This document shows positions 1 to 8,287 of a DNA stretch of 26,433 bases, piece by piece. A program made the translations under genes and the position numbers. Every line of letters begins with the position of its first letter. Position 1 is the stretch's first letter. The DNA comes from an uncultured Methanosarcinales archaeon (lineage in GTDB: Archaea > Nanobdellota > Nanobdellia > Woesearchaeales > CAZYIM01): the NCBI GenBank assembly GCA_964647565.1, contig CAZYIM010000034.1, positions 1 to 26,433 of the forward strand. Direction: 5' to 3'. The notes below the pieces were generated by a model. It was not told the DNA's origin and made no database searches. It saw only the letters and a list, made by a program, of their open reading frames with translations.

Positions 1-512
1 AAAGAACTGAGATAATCAGACAACTAAGATTAGGCGAATTTGATGTCCTGGTGGGTATAAACTTGCTAAGGGAAGGCCTGGACATACCTGAAGTTGGCTT
101 TATTGGCATACTTGATGCTGACAAAGCGGGTTTTTTAAGGGATACAAAAAGCCTGATACAGATAATTGGTCGTGCCGCAAGAAATACCAATTCAAAGGTT
201 ATCCTATTTGCAGACCGGATCACTGATTCTATTAAACAAGCAATTGATGAGACCAATAGGCGGAGAAATATTCAGCTGGATTATAACAAAGACCATAACA
301 TCACTCCCAAGACCATAATCAAAGCAATAAAAGAAAAAGAAGTTGAAATTAAGGACATCAAGCATATTCCCAAAAAAGAAGTTCCAAAGATGATAATTGA
401 AGTGGAGACTGAAATGCAGGAAGCCGCAGATCAACTAGATTTTGAAAAGGCAATAATTCTAAGAGATCGACTAAAAAAATTAAAAGAGCTGCTTTGGACA
501 AAAAAAGAATAA
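1..512 (+). CDS. uvrB: Excinuclease ABC subunit B, C-terminal part (5'-truncated by the window edge)
   Basis: The frame is open from base 3 ([31 protein letters not shown]). It contains UvrB helicase motifs [21 protein letters not shown] and [11 protein letters not shown], then ETNRRRNIQ and the C-terminal UVR domain ([18 protein letters not shown]). Confidence 0.97.
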   Translation, partial: RTEIIRQLRLGEFDVLVGINLLREGLDIPEVGFIGILDADKAGFLRDTKSLIQIIGRAARNTNSKVILFADRITDSIKQAIDETNRRRNIQLDYNKDHNITPKTIIKAIKEKEVEIKDIKHIPKKEVPKMIIEVETEMQEAADQLDFEKAIILRDRLKKLKELLWTKKE

Positions 513-518
513 AATAAA

Positions 519-2051
519 CTAATCCTTCAATATGTTCTTTTGCTGATCTGCGCCGTTAGAGATTATCATCACATTACCGCCTGTAAATTTCTCAAAGTCA
601 CCTATGGATTCTTTTAGGCTATCAGGCAAGGCAGCATATGTGGTAATTTCACTTATGTCTCCATATCCTTCATATGATTCAAGATATGGGCTGGTGCCGT
701 ATAAGAAGTTTGCATCCTTGTCAAAGTCTTGTATTAGGTCTTGCGGCACAGAGTTATGGAAATAGCCATAGCCAATCTTGAACTCTTTTGCACCAGCCAA
801 GCAATCTGCCTTGGTCAGAATCATATTAGGGCCGTTTATCTCAACTGCATATTTAGCTGCAACTGCATCTGTCCAGCCAAGCCTTCTTGGCCTTTTTGTT
901 GTTGCTCCATATTCGCCAGCAGCCAATCTCATTCCTGCGGCCTGCTTTTCTGGATTATCAGAATTCATTAGTTCTTGAATCTTGCTTGAACTAGATCTGA
1001 TGTAGTCATTGACAAAGCGTTCAACCTCATCAAGTTTTTGTGTGTTTTTTTCTTTTTGCAATTCCCTGATGGGCCCCAGATCAATATTCATGCCAAGATA
1101 CTCCTTTACCTCATAGAAGATATCATGCACAAGGCCTTCAGCACAGTATTTTTCAGATTCAAGACCTCCAATCTCTGTTGGGAAGGGTCCTGCCCCAACC
1201 CTTGTCATGAATGGATACTTGACAATGCATAATGGCAGGTCTATTGCATCCTTGCTCTTGAATCCAGCGCCTCTAGCAGTGCCTTCCAATGAGCAGTCTG
1301 AAGACGTGACATACGGATATGTTCCAAATTCATCGCTTAACAATAAGCCTTGTGCGCCTTCAAGCAGAATCTTCTTGCCTTCTTTTACAAAACTCATCAT
1401 CTCCTTGTCTGTGTTCCTGACAAATGGTTTGATGCGCTCTGCATATGGTCTGATTCCTTCGATCATTTCTTCAATTGAGAATGTATCTGCATTAAAGAAA
1501 ATGGATTTTTCAATCTGACCTGCTAATCTATCTGGATCGAATTTTGAAAAGTTATTATTGAAAAGGTCTTGTACCTGGACCACTTTCCTGGCCTTCCTGT
1601 CTGCATAACATGGGCCTATGCCTCTGCCTGTTGATCCGATGCCTCCTTTTTTCTGGGAAACATTGCCTTTATCCCTAAATATGTGATAAGGCATTATCAC
1701 ACTTGCATCCTTGCTCAACATCAGGTTATTGTAGCTCATTCCCTGGGCATCCAGATAAGATAATTCATCATCACATAGCACAGACAGGTTAACAACCATA
1801 CCCTTGCCCATTATAGTGAATTTTCCAAGATTATCATATCTGATACCTGTTGGCAGAAGGTGCGTTATCCATTGCATACCATTGATCCAAACAGTATGGC
1901 CTGCATTGTTGCCTCCTGTGCCTCTTGCAATGACATCTGCCCAGATGCTTCCAAAATAATCTGAGTACTTGCCCTTGCCGCTGTCGCCCCACTGATTGCA
2001 AATTATTGCAATAGTCTGAATATCCGGTCTTAATATATTACTTAATGACAT
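519..2051 (-). CDS. purA: Adenylosuccinate synthetase with a large internal insertion
   Basis: Motifs QWGDSGKGK, GGNNAGHT, IGSTGRGIGPCY, LLEGAQG, GTYPYVTSS, TRVGAGPFPTE and EYGATTKRPRRLGW. I prefer the ATG at 2051 to the ORF-track GTG at 2060, because that GTG is part of a GAGGTG SD lying 6 nt upstream of the ATG. Confidence 0.95.
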   Translation of the reverse strand: MSLSNILRPDIQTIAIICNQWGDSGKGKYSDYFGSIWADVIARGTGGNNAGHTVWINGMQWITHLLPTGIRYDNLGKFTIMGKGMVVNLSVLCDDELSYLDAQGMSYNNLMLSKDASVIMPYHIFRDKGNVSQKKGGIGSTGRGIGPCYADRKARKVVQVQDLFNNNFSKFDPDRLAGQIEKSIFFNADTFSIEEMIEGIRPYAERIKPFVRNTDKEMMSFVKEGKKILLEGAQGLLLSDEFGTYPYVTSSDCSLEGTARGAGFKSKDAIDLPLCIVKYPFMTRVGAGPFPTEIGGLESEKYCAEGLVHDIFYEVKEYLGMNIDLGPIRELQKEKNTQKLDEVERFVNDYIRSSSSKIQELMNSDNPEKQAAGMRLAAGEYGATTKRPRRLGWTDAVAAKYAVEINGPNMILTKADCLAGAKEFKIGYGYFHNSVPQDLIQDFDKDANFLYGTSPYLESYEGYGDISEITTYAALPDSLKESIGDFEKFTGGNVMIISNGADQQKNILKD

Positions 2052-2062
2052 ACTTTCCACCT

Positions 2063-3571
2063 CTATAACAATTCTCCACGAGTATAATTTGGTGATTCCT
2101 TGGTTATATCAACGTCATGTGGATGAGATTCTGTCTGTCCCGCCTGAGACATTCGATTAAATTCGGCATCATGCCGCAGTTCAGCGATATCTGCAGCACC
2201 TACATAACCCATGCCACGTTTCAGTCCTCCCACACACTGGAAAATAACCCCTGCTACAGGGCCTTTATATGGAACCCGACCCTCTATGCCTTCAGGTATC
2301 ATCTCCTGCTTGCCTGTTGCTACCTGACCATATCTTTCCCTTGATCCTGCATGTTGTTCCATGGCGCCAATAGAGCCCATGCCCCTGTAGTTTTTCCAAT
2401 ATCTACCCTTATAGAGCTCGACTTTTCCTGGGCTTTCAAGGGTTCCTGCAAGTAAAGTGCCCATCATAACACTATATGCTCTGGCAGCTATTGCTATAGG
2501 TATGTCACCAGACCATTGCAAACCTCCATCCGCACAAACAGGCACTTCAACTGCTGAAGCACATTCATAGACTGCTGTTACCTGTGGTGTACCAATACCT
2601 GCAATTATCCTTGTTGTACATATAGACCCAGGACCTTGGCCAACTTTAATGCCGTCAGCACCTGCTTGTTGTAATCTCATAGCAGACTCAGGATTGGTTA
2701 TATTACCCACCACAATTTCAAGATCTGAATACTGCTTTTTAAGTTCAATTAAAGTATCCATGACTGGTTTTGAATCTGCATGTGCTGTATCAATGACAAC
2801 CACATCTATATTAGCTGCTCTTAACAGTTCTGCCCGTTCATAAGCATCGTCATAGACTCCAATTGCAGCTCCCACCCTAAGCTGACCTTTCTTGTCTGTA
2901 TTGAATATCTCTTGTTTTTTATGGACTATTCTCGAAACATCCTTCCATGTATACATTCCGGTTATATTGCCTTGAGGATTAACCAAGGGCAATATCTTCT
3001 TCTTATTGGTCTGCAAGACATCAAATGCTTCATCAAGAGTGGTGTCAGAATTACCAGTAATCAGATCAGTACTCATGACCTCGCTGATTTGCATATGATA
3101 ATCAGTACAGAAATCAAAGTCATTCTGCGATATCAACCCCGCGAGTTTGCCATCCCCATCAAGTACTGGAAACGAATGGAAACTATATCCTTTCCGATCT
3201 ATCATGTTAAGTATTTGCTCCATTGTCTGTGTAGCCTTGATACAGATCGGATTCTCTACCAGACCATTCATATAGAACTTTACTCTTGATACCTGTTTGG
3301 CCTGGTCTTCTGGAGAAAGGTTCTTATGGATTATCCCAAGACCACCCAATTTGGCCATCTCTATTGCCATCTTGTATTCTGTGACTGTGTCCATGGCAGC
3401 GCTTAAAATCGGCACATTCAACGGAACATTCCTTGAGAACTTTGATCTGGTATCTACATCATCAGGCATTGTTTCAGAATAATTGGTTTTAAGCTTTACA
3501 TCATTGTAGGTTAGAGCTAATCCTATAGCATCCATTTTCCTGAAGAATTCATCCATCTTTGGATTACTCAT
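2063..3571 (-). CDS. guaB: IMP dehydrogenase (with CBS pair)
   Basis: SAAMDTVTE, GGLGIIHKN, central CBS domains, VIDTAH, catalytic loop GPGSICTTR, ADGG, YRGMGS, PEGIEG and ESHPHDV. SD GGAGGTG at 3585-3579. Confidence 0.97.
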   Translation of the reverse strand: MSNPKMDEFFRKMDAIGLALTYNDVKLKTNYSETMPDDVDTRSKFSRNVPLNVPILSAAMDTVTEYKMAIEMAKLGGLGIIHKNLSPEDQAKQVSRVKFYMNGLVENPICIKATQTMEQILNMIDRKGYSFHSFPVLDGDGKLAGLISQNDFDFCTDYHMQISEVMSTDLITGNSDTTLDEAFDVLQTNKKKILPLVNPQGNITGMYTWKDVSRIVHKKQEIFNTDKKGQLRVGAAIGVYDDAYERAELLRAANIDVVVIDTAHADSKPVMDTLIELKKQYSDLEIVVGNITNPESAMRLQQAGADGIKVGQGPGSICTTRIIAGIGTPQVTAVYECASAVEVPVCADGGLQWSGDIPIAIAARAYSVMMGTLLAGTLESPGKVELYKGRYWKNYRGMGSIGAMEQHAGSRERYGQVATGKQEMIPEGIEGRVPYKGPVAGVIFQCVGGLKRGMGYVGAADIAELRHDAEFNRMSQAGQTESHPHDVDITKESPNYTRGELL

Positions 3572-3578
3572 TGAAAAA

Positions 3579-3628
3579 CACCTCCACCTTTTTTCAAGGT
3601 AATCAAAGTAGTATATAAGTTTTTATTT
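3579..3628 (-). promoter_or_regulatory. Archaeal-type promoter (A-rich BRE plus TATA box CTTATATAC) and SD GGAGGTG for guaB-purA
   Basis: The minus strand reads AAATAAAAACTTATATAC (3628-3611), about 40 nt upstream of the guaB ATG. GGAGGTG lies 7 nt before the ATG. Confidence 0.6.
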
Positions 3629-3655
3629 ATTAGAAAATAGCTTATACTATATATA

Positions 3656-4891
3656 TTATAGGAGTTTTAGCTGGCCTTTTTTTGTCTCAGGAGATTTCAG
3701 ATTGTCTAAAAAATGTAGGGTCTGTCTTTCCATGGTTCTTACAGACCTGTGTCCTGAAAACAGTTTATACCATACTGCTTTGGTGTTGTAATTAAAAAAA
3801 TCTCTGTTGCCTTTAGACAAGCTCTCAATCGTATCAACCGCATCAGTATAGATGGGAACTATAAGTTTTCTTCCAGCATAATAATTTGTACCACCAAAGT
3901 CGAATTTCTCATCTCTACCTTCATCGAGTCTAGTTAAGCGTTGTAGTAATTTTTTCTTGGATATCAACCGGGAATCTAGTTTATCAGCTATATCCTCTTT
4001 TGAATGGCAGTCATAGAATGCCAACTTTTCAAATGCAGCTCCAAGAGCATCATTCATCGTCCTTTCTTGTTTTAGAAAAAAAATAATTTCTTCTTTACCG
4101 GGTATATCATCAGAATAATATAAATCTAGTGCCATAAATTCACCTAAGATTGCCAATCCTTCATTTGCATGGCGAAAGGCAAAATTATAAGCCAGGTATT
4201 CTGACAATTGCTGATTAGTGTTATGTCCAAATGGACCTTCATGTCCAATGGATGTTACTAAATTGGGTTCATATTGTTCAAATCCTACATTTATCTGACC
4301 AAGAAACCAATGCGGATTTTTTTCTTTAGGATCAAAATCAGCAGGAGTATGTATTTTAGTATTGAATTGCTTAGACGCTTTTTTATCAAGTATATAAATT
4401 ATAGCTTCACAAGTACGTCTATATTCATCAATTTTAGTTGTGTTTACACTAAATTCAGACATATCAGGCAGATCTTTTTGTGCCCTAAAATAGCTTTCAA
4501 CATATTTATGAAAATCATCTACTACACTATCTATATCTTCTATTTTTAAGTCTTCAGCTTGAAGATTCAATTCAAATTTTTCTTTCGATGTCCTAAATTC
4601 AGATTCCCTTGCTAGTTCAAATCTTGCAATATATGAATCGAAGAGGCCTAACAAGAAAGGAAAATCAATATCTTTAACTCTCTCATCCTCAATTTTTGTC
4701 TTTGTCCTTATTTTCCAGGTCTTTGCCATCTTTTTGGTTTCATTACCAAAATTTGTCAGAGTTTGTTGGATTTCATCAACCAATCCACTATCCAAAACAC
4801 CTATAAAAGCTCCATTTGAAGATACTTTAGAGATATAATTACAAGCATCTTGGAAATGTTTTTGAAACTTATCTTTCTGACTAACCATCAT
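3656..4891 (-). CDS. Putative zinc metallopeptidase, gluzincin-like (DUF885 / DUF1704-MATCAP-like)
   Basis: HEGPFGH (4243-4223) is followed about 20 residues later by NEGLA (EGLA at 4162-4151) and later by NYYAG. This resembles the HExxxxH...EG[WL]A...Y..G layout of DUF885-type peptidases. The start is moved to ATG 4891/4888 because the ORF-track GTG at 4909 abuts the TATA box. Confidence 0.6.
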   Translation of the reverse strand: MMVSQKDKFQKHFQDACNYISKVSSNGAFIGVLDSGLVDEIQQTLTNFGNETKKMAKTWKIRTKTKIEDERVKDIDFPFLLGLFDSYIARFELARESEFRTSKEKFELNLQAEDLKIEDIDSVVDDFHKYVESYFRAQKDLPDMSEFSVNTTKIDEYRRTCEAIIYILDKKASKQFNTKIHTPADFDPKEKNPHWFLGQINVGFEQYEPNLVTSIGHEGPFGHNTNQQLSEYLAYNFAFRHANEGLAILGEFMALDLYYSDDIPGKEEIIFFLKQERTMNDALGAAFEKLAFYDCHSKEDIADKLDSRLISKKKLLQRLTRLDEGRDEKFDFGGTNYYAGRKLIVPIYTDAVDTIESLSKGNRDFFNYNTKAVWYKLFSGHRSVRTMERQTLHFLDNLKSPETKKGQLKLL

Positions 4892-4910
4892 CAAAAGGTT
4901 CCATCTCACA

Positions 4911-4960
4911 TTTATAAATCTTTCGATTTTTTACCACTCAACAATAATAACATTTAAATA
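4911..4960. promoter_or_regulatory. Back-to-back archaeal BRE-TATA promoters driving leaderless transcripts
   Basis: Minus strand CGAAAGATTTATAAA (4925-4911) lies about 20-23 nt before ATG 4891/4888. Plus strand AATAATAACATTTAAATA (TATA at 4953-4960) lies 22 nt before ATG 4983. Neither gene has an SD. Confidence 0.7.
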
Positions 4961-4982
4961 TTTGGATTAATTCATTATTTAC

Positions 4983-5849
4983 ATGAGATACTTCATATTA
5001 TCAGATATACATGCTGACTGGACTGCACTTGAAACAGTATGCGATGATATGCTGGAACATTTTCCGACATTTGGACCCAAATTAAGAAGGTTTCTTGGCA
5101 GGGATGAAGAGACAGCAATACATATTCTTGATCCTGAAAGGCAGGACAAGCTAGTATGCCTGGGCGACTTTATTGGCTATGGACCAGATCCCAATCTGAC
5201 TCTTAGATTCATGGATATCTGCGATTTTGTTGTTCCAGGCAATCATGATACTGCAATAAAAAAATATGCAATGGATCCAAGCTATGCCCGCGATTTCAAT
5301 GAATTTGCAGCTTCTGCAGTAAAGTGGACAAAAGAAGAGTTGAATGACTGGTCTGCATTAGAACATTTATTGAATAAGTCATTTTCAGTAAAACACAAAA
5401 ATGTACTTTTTTCACATTCAACACCATTTGATGCTGTCTCTATGAATTACATAAATAGTCCAGAGACTGCAGATGCATATTATCTATGTCATGAAGAATT
5501 CAAGAATACAATAGCATTTGTCGGCCACACCCACATACCCCAGATATACACAAAAGAGCATGACGGTAAACTATGGGCCGCCAAAATAGACGGATGCACA
5601 GAAAAAGGTATCGAACCTAATGAGTTTACAGGCGTAAGCCACAATGATTACTCCCACATCCTATTTGTTGTGCCAAGCGTAAGCCAGCCAAGAGATCACT
5701 GCAACAAGATCGGATGGACCCTTTATGATCCTGAAAAAGAGACAGTAAAAGTTTTCAGGATTCCTTATAATATAAATGAGACTCAGGAAAGGATGAAAAA
5801 GGCCAAACTTCCAAAATATCTTATTGAAAGACTACAAAGTGGTTACTAA
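4983..5849 (+). CDS. Calcineurin-like metallophosphoesterase (YfcE/MJ0912-type, Metallophos_2)
   Basis: Motifs SDIHA, LGDFIGYG, GNHD, FSHS, VGHTH and SVSQPRD, with C-terminal RIPYNI...LIERLQSG typical of this subfamily. Confidence 0.9.
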   Translation: MRYFILSDIHADWTALETVCDDMLEHFPTFGPKLRRFLGRDEETAIHILDPERQDKLVCLGDFIGYGPDPNLTLRFMDICDFVVPGNHDTAIKKYAMDPSYARDFNEFAASAVKWTKEELNDWSALEHLLNKSFSVKHKNVLFSHSTPFDAVSMNYINSPETADAYYLCHEEFKNTIAFVGHTHIPQIYTKEHDGKLWAAKIDGCTEKGIEPNEFTGVSHNDYSHILFVVPSVSQPRDHCNKIGWTLYDPEKETVKVFRIPYNINETQERMKKAKLPKYLIERLQSGY

Positions 5850-6448
5850 TGATGAAACCCATCCCAGATATCATATCAGAATTCAAATTTTCCCACCAAG
5901 AAATGTATGAACAACAGATTGTATATGCAGATCCTGCTTCTGATAATTGCCTCAAAGAGACACATAATCTCAATACCCGATTTTTCTTCAATAAAGAGCA
6001 GACCATCGCGTATCTTTATGGTGAGATTGAGCGTCCTAAATTATCCGGGATTGTAAGCGAAGATATGGTCCAAGAAATACTTGAAGAAATAAAAGCTCTT
6101 TCATTGAAAGTTTGGGCATATTCTGTCTTTAAAGACGGAACCGAGTTAATAACAGGCAATCATGGCTTTATGAATGAACCTGAATTGTCAGATTATGACA
6201 TTATCTATGGTATTGATTATGAAGGAATGATCTTATATGATGCAGGAGAACCAGATGTTCGCAATGTGCTAGGAACTCACAAATGGCGCATCGAAGATCT
6301 CGAAGTCATCAAGGATCCTAGATTAGCTTATAGGTTTGCAGATAAATTCAAAGAAATCAATAAGTGGGCAAGCCAGCAGAATCTAGCAGATGAAATCGAA
6401 CCGCTTATTACAACAGCCAGTCCAGCCCCTTCTCAACAGTCTTTTTGA
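5849..6448 (+). CDS. Hypothetical protein (acidic, 199 aa)
   Basis: TAATG overlap with the phosphoesterase stop (translational coupling) and natural-looking composition. No motif recognised. Its 3' end overlaps the convergent gene by 41 nt. Confidence 0.7.
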   Translation: MMKPIPDIISEFKFSHQEMYEQQIVYADPASDNCLKETHNLNTRFFFNKEQTIAYLYGEIERPKLSGIVSEDMVQEILEEIKALSLKVWAYSVFKDGTELITGNHGFMNEPELSDYDIIYGIDYEGMILYDAGEPDVRNVLGTHKWRIEDLEVIKDPRLAYRFADKFKEINKWASQQNLADEIEPLITTASPAPSQQSF

Positions 6449-6986
6449 TCTTGTGGATTATCTTAGGGTTCATTTCTTGCATGGCATTTCCAATCCTGAA
6501 TGCTTTTGCAGAGAAACCACAAAATTTGAGAGTATCATTAATCAGCACTTTTGTTGCCCTGGCACCACCAATTAAGTCTGCGATGAACAGAGGTGCACCC
6601 CGGGTACAAAAAACAGCCGCTTTATGGCCTTTTAACAATCCTTGTGGACGGTCATTCTTAAAAGTGTAAGCAAAATTATTTGTAAAAACCCTATCAACAA
6701 ATCCCTTAAGAATCGCGGGCATGTTGTTCCACCATGTCGGATATATGAATATCAATTTTGATTCTTTCATCTTATACTGGATAGCCTTTATGTCTTTTGA
6801 AAGTTTGCTGGCTTTTTTATCTGTTATTAGTTCATTTGCCTTTAAAACCGGATCAAAGTTCATCTTGTAGAGGTTTAAGACTTCATATTTCTGTTTTCTT
6901 TTGGTCAACTCCATTGTAAGAATATCAAGTAATGCATAGCAGTGGCCTTCCCCAGGCGGATGTGCATAAATGATCAGTATATTCAT
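6408..6986 (-). CDS. NAD(P)H-dependent oxidoreductase, flavodoxin-like fold (Flavodoxin_2; MdaB/KefF/NQO family)
   Basis: ILIIYAHP, LNLYKMNFDPVL, IYPTWWNNMPAILKGFVDRVF and GLLKGHKA. SD AGGTGA at 6996-6991. Confidence 0.92.
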   Translation of the reverse strand: MNILIIYAHPPGEGHCYALLDILTMELTKRKQKYEVLNLYKMNFDPVLKANELITDKKASKLSKDIKAIQYKMKESKLIFIYPTWWNNMPAILKGFVDRVFTNNFAYTFKNDRPQGLLKGHKAAVFCTRGAPLFIADLIGGARATKVLINDTLKFCGFSAKAFRIGNAMQEMNPKIIHKIKKTVEKGLDWLL

Positions 6987-7019
6987 TGTATCACCTAAGC
7001 ATATTCTTTTTGACGATTA

Positions 7020-7091
7020 CTAATAAAGTTTTTGATTGAAATACATTAATTTTTATCACTAATAAGTAACTAAAATCGAAACATTTAAATA
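7020..7091. promoter_or_regulatory. Divergent archaeal promoters (oxidoreductase / 7116 ORF)
   Basis: Plus strand AAAATCGAAACATTTAAATA (TATA 7084-7091) lies 24 nt before the leaderless ATG 7116. Minus strand CAAAAACTTTATTAG (about 7034-7020) is a weaker TATA for the oxidoreductase. Confidence 0.65.
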
Positions 7092-7115
7092 TACATTTCA
7101 CCAATAACATATAAT

Positions 7116-7445
7116 ATGGGACATATTAATCATCAAACCAAGGGAAATCAACTAACTTTGAATGAAATTGATATTCTTAAGACCATGAACATTGCCTACA
7201 TTAAAAATGATAAACAAACACTAGCAAAAGCTACTGAATCCTCAAAACAACCCGAAGTTTTTTATCAAGGTATCAACCAATTACTCGAGTTAGGAGCTCA
7301 CGACCAGATTGTTAATGTGGTAAAGAATCGACCAGTCGGTGTCCGGGCTCAATTATTACAATATTATGTGGAAACACAAAATTTCTTGTATGCTAGTGTA
7401 ATAGCAAGCATGGGCAATGGCATCAAGATTCCTTATAAGAATTAA
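7116..7445 (+). CDS. Hypothetical protein (109 aa, probably alpha-helical)
   Basis: ORF placed at the leaderless distance from a clear BRE-TATA. No motif recognised. Confidence 0.7.
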   Translation: MGHINHQTKGNQLTLNEIDILKTMNIAYIKNDKQTLAKATESSKQPEVFYQGINQLLELGAHDQIVNVVKNRPVGVRAQLLQYYVETQNFLYASVIASMGNGIKIPYKN

Positions 7446-7509
7446 TCCTTCTATTTTTATTACTTCGCCTAAAAAAGAACATTCACTTTTCACTAAATAG
7501 TAGTTATAT

Positions 7510-7580
7510 AAACGAAATATTTAAATATCTTTCTATGTTCCAAGAATCGGGATATCAATCTAAACTTTGAGTAAGGAGGA
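7510..7580 (+). promoter_or_regulatory. BRE-TATA promoter and SD of the ubiquitin-like operon
   Basis: AAACGAAATATTTAAATA (TATA 7520-7527), near-identical to the 7077-7091 promoter. SD AAGGAGGA at 7573-7580, 6 nt before ATG 7587. Confidence 0.75.
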
Positions 7581-7586
7581 ATTAAG

Positions 7587-8276
7587 ATGGGAACACAGGG
7601 AAAAGAAAAAGAGGTCGTTACATTTGGACGACAATATTTTGATCTTGAACGGGATACAATTCTACGCGTGGGTGCAGAAGGATCTGAGCCAAAAGAGCGT
7701 TACAGTGCCTTTATTGAAGACCAGGAACTCTTGAACGTAGGAACAGATAAAAAAAAGATTGTTACAGGAGATAATCTCTTGAATGGAACCATCGGAGATG
7801 TTCTAACTGATATGATAGAATATGTCAAGTTAGGCATGGATTATCATGCTGCAAAGACAGGTTCAGGAACTTTCAACCACAATGGCTGGATCAACACATA
7901 TACACCTGAATATGGTGGTGAAAAACTTAATACAGCTTACGACAGATGGCTAGAGTTCAAAGCAGATAAAAAGAAAAAAAGACTTTCTATCACAGGAAAA
8001 AAACAAAGGACAGAACCTGAAGAATTGGTCATGGATAACATTGGTAGATGTGAAATCTATCAGGCAGGAAGCACGGAGCCAGATTATATTGTAAATGTCA
8101 TCGATATTGTCATTGAAAAGGATTCTTCAGGCGGACCTAATAAATCTCAAATAGTTGTACCATCTTGGAAGATAGAAACACCAACGACCGAGATAGAAAC
8201 TGTTGATACAGTTCAGTATTCTAGGATTGAACGATTTGCAGGAAAAGCCTTGAAATTTCTCCTAAATAGAGAATAA
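7587..8276 (+). CDS. Candidate ubiquitin-like (beta-grasp) modifier precursor with internal Gly-Gly and a 46-aa C-terminal extension
   Basis: First gene of an operon with E2-like, JAB and E1 genes. It has a TIGDVLTDM helix start (cf. ubiquitin TIENVK) and a terminal-strand-like VIDIVIEKDSSGG (G182-G183, nt 8130-8135; cf. TLHLVLRLRGG). The fold call is inference. Confidence 0.55.
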   Translation: MGTQGKEKEVVTFGRQYFDLERDTILRVGAEGSEPKERYSAFIEDQELLNVGTDKKKIVTGDNLLNGTIGDVLTDMIEYVKLGMDYHAAKTGSGTFNHNGWINTYTPEYGGEKLNTAYDRWLEFKADKKKKRLSITGKKQRTEPEELVMDNIGRCEIYQAGSTEPDYIVNVIDIVIEKDSSGGPNKSQIVVPSWKIETPTTEIETVDTVQYSRIERFAGKALKFLLNRE

Positions 8277-8287
8277 ATATCTTTAAA

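Noticed and set aside
935..1165. Intein within purA
   Set aside because: Too short, and it lacks the N-terminal Cys/Ser block and the C-terminal His-Asn splice motif.
6408..6448. 41-nt convergent overlap as evidence of a pseudogene or antisense system
   Set aside because: Short 3' overlaps are common in compact genomes and both ORFs look intact.
7914..7919. Alternative GG (YGG, residues 110-111) as the Ubl C-terminus
   Set aside because: Not preceded by a hydrophobic terminal beta strand. The G182-G183 site fits much better, though neither is proven.
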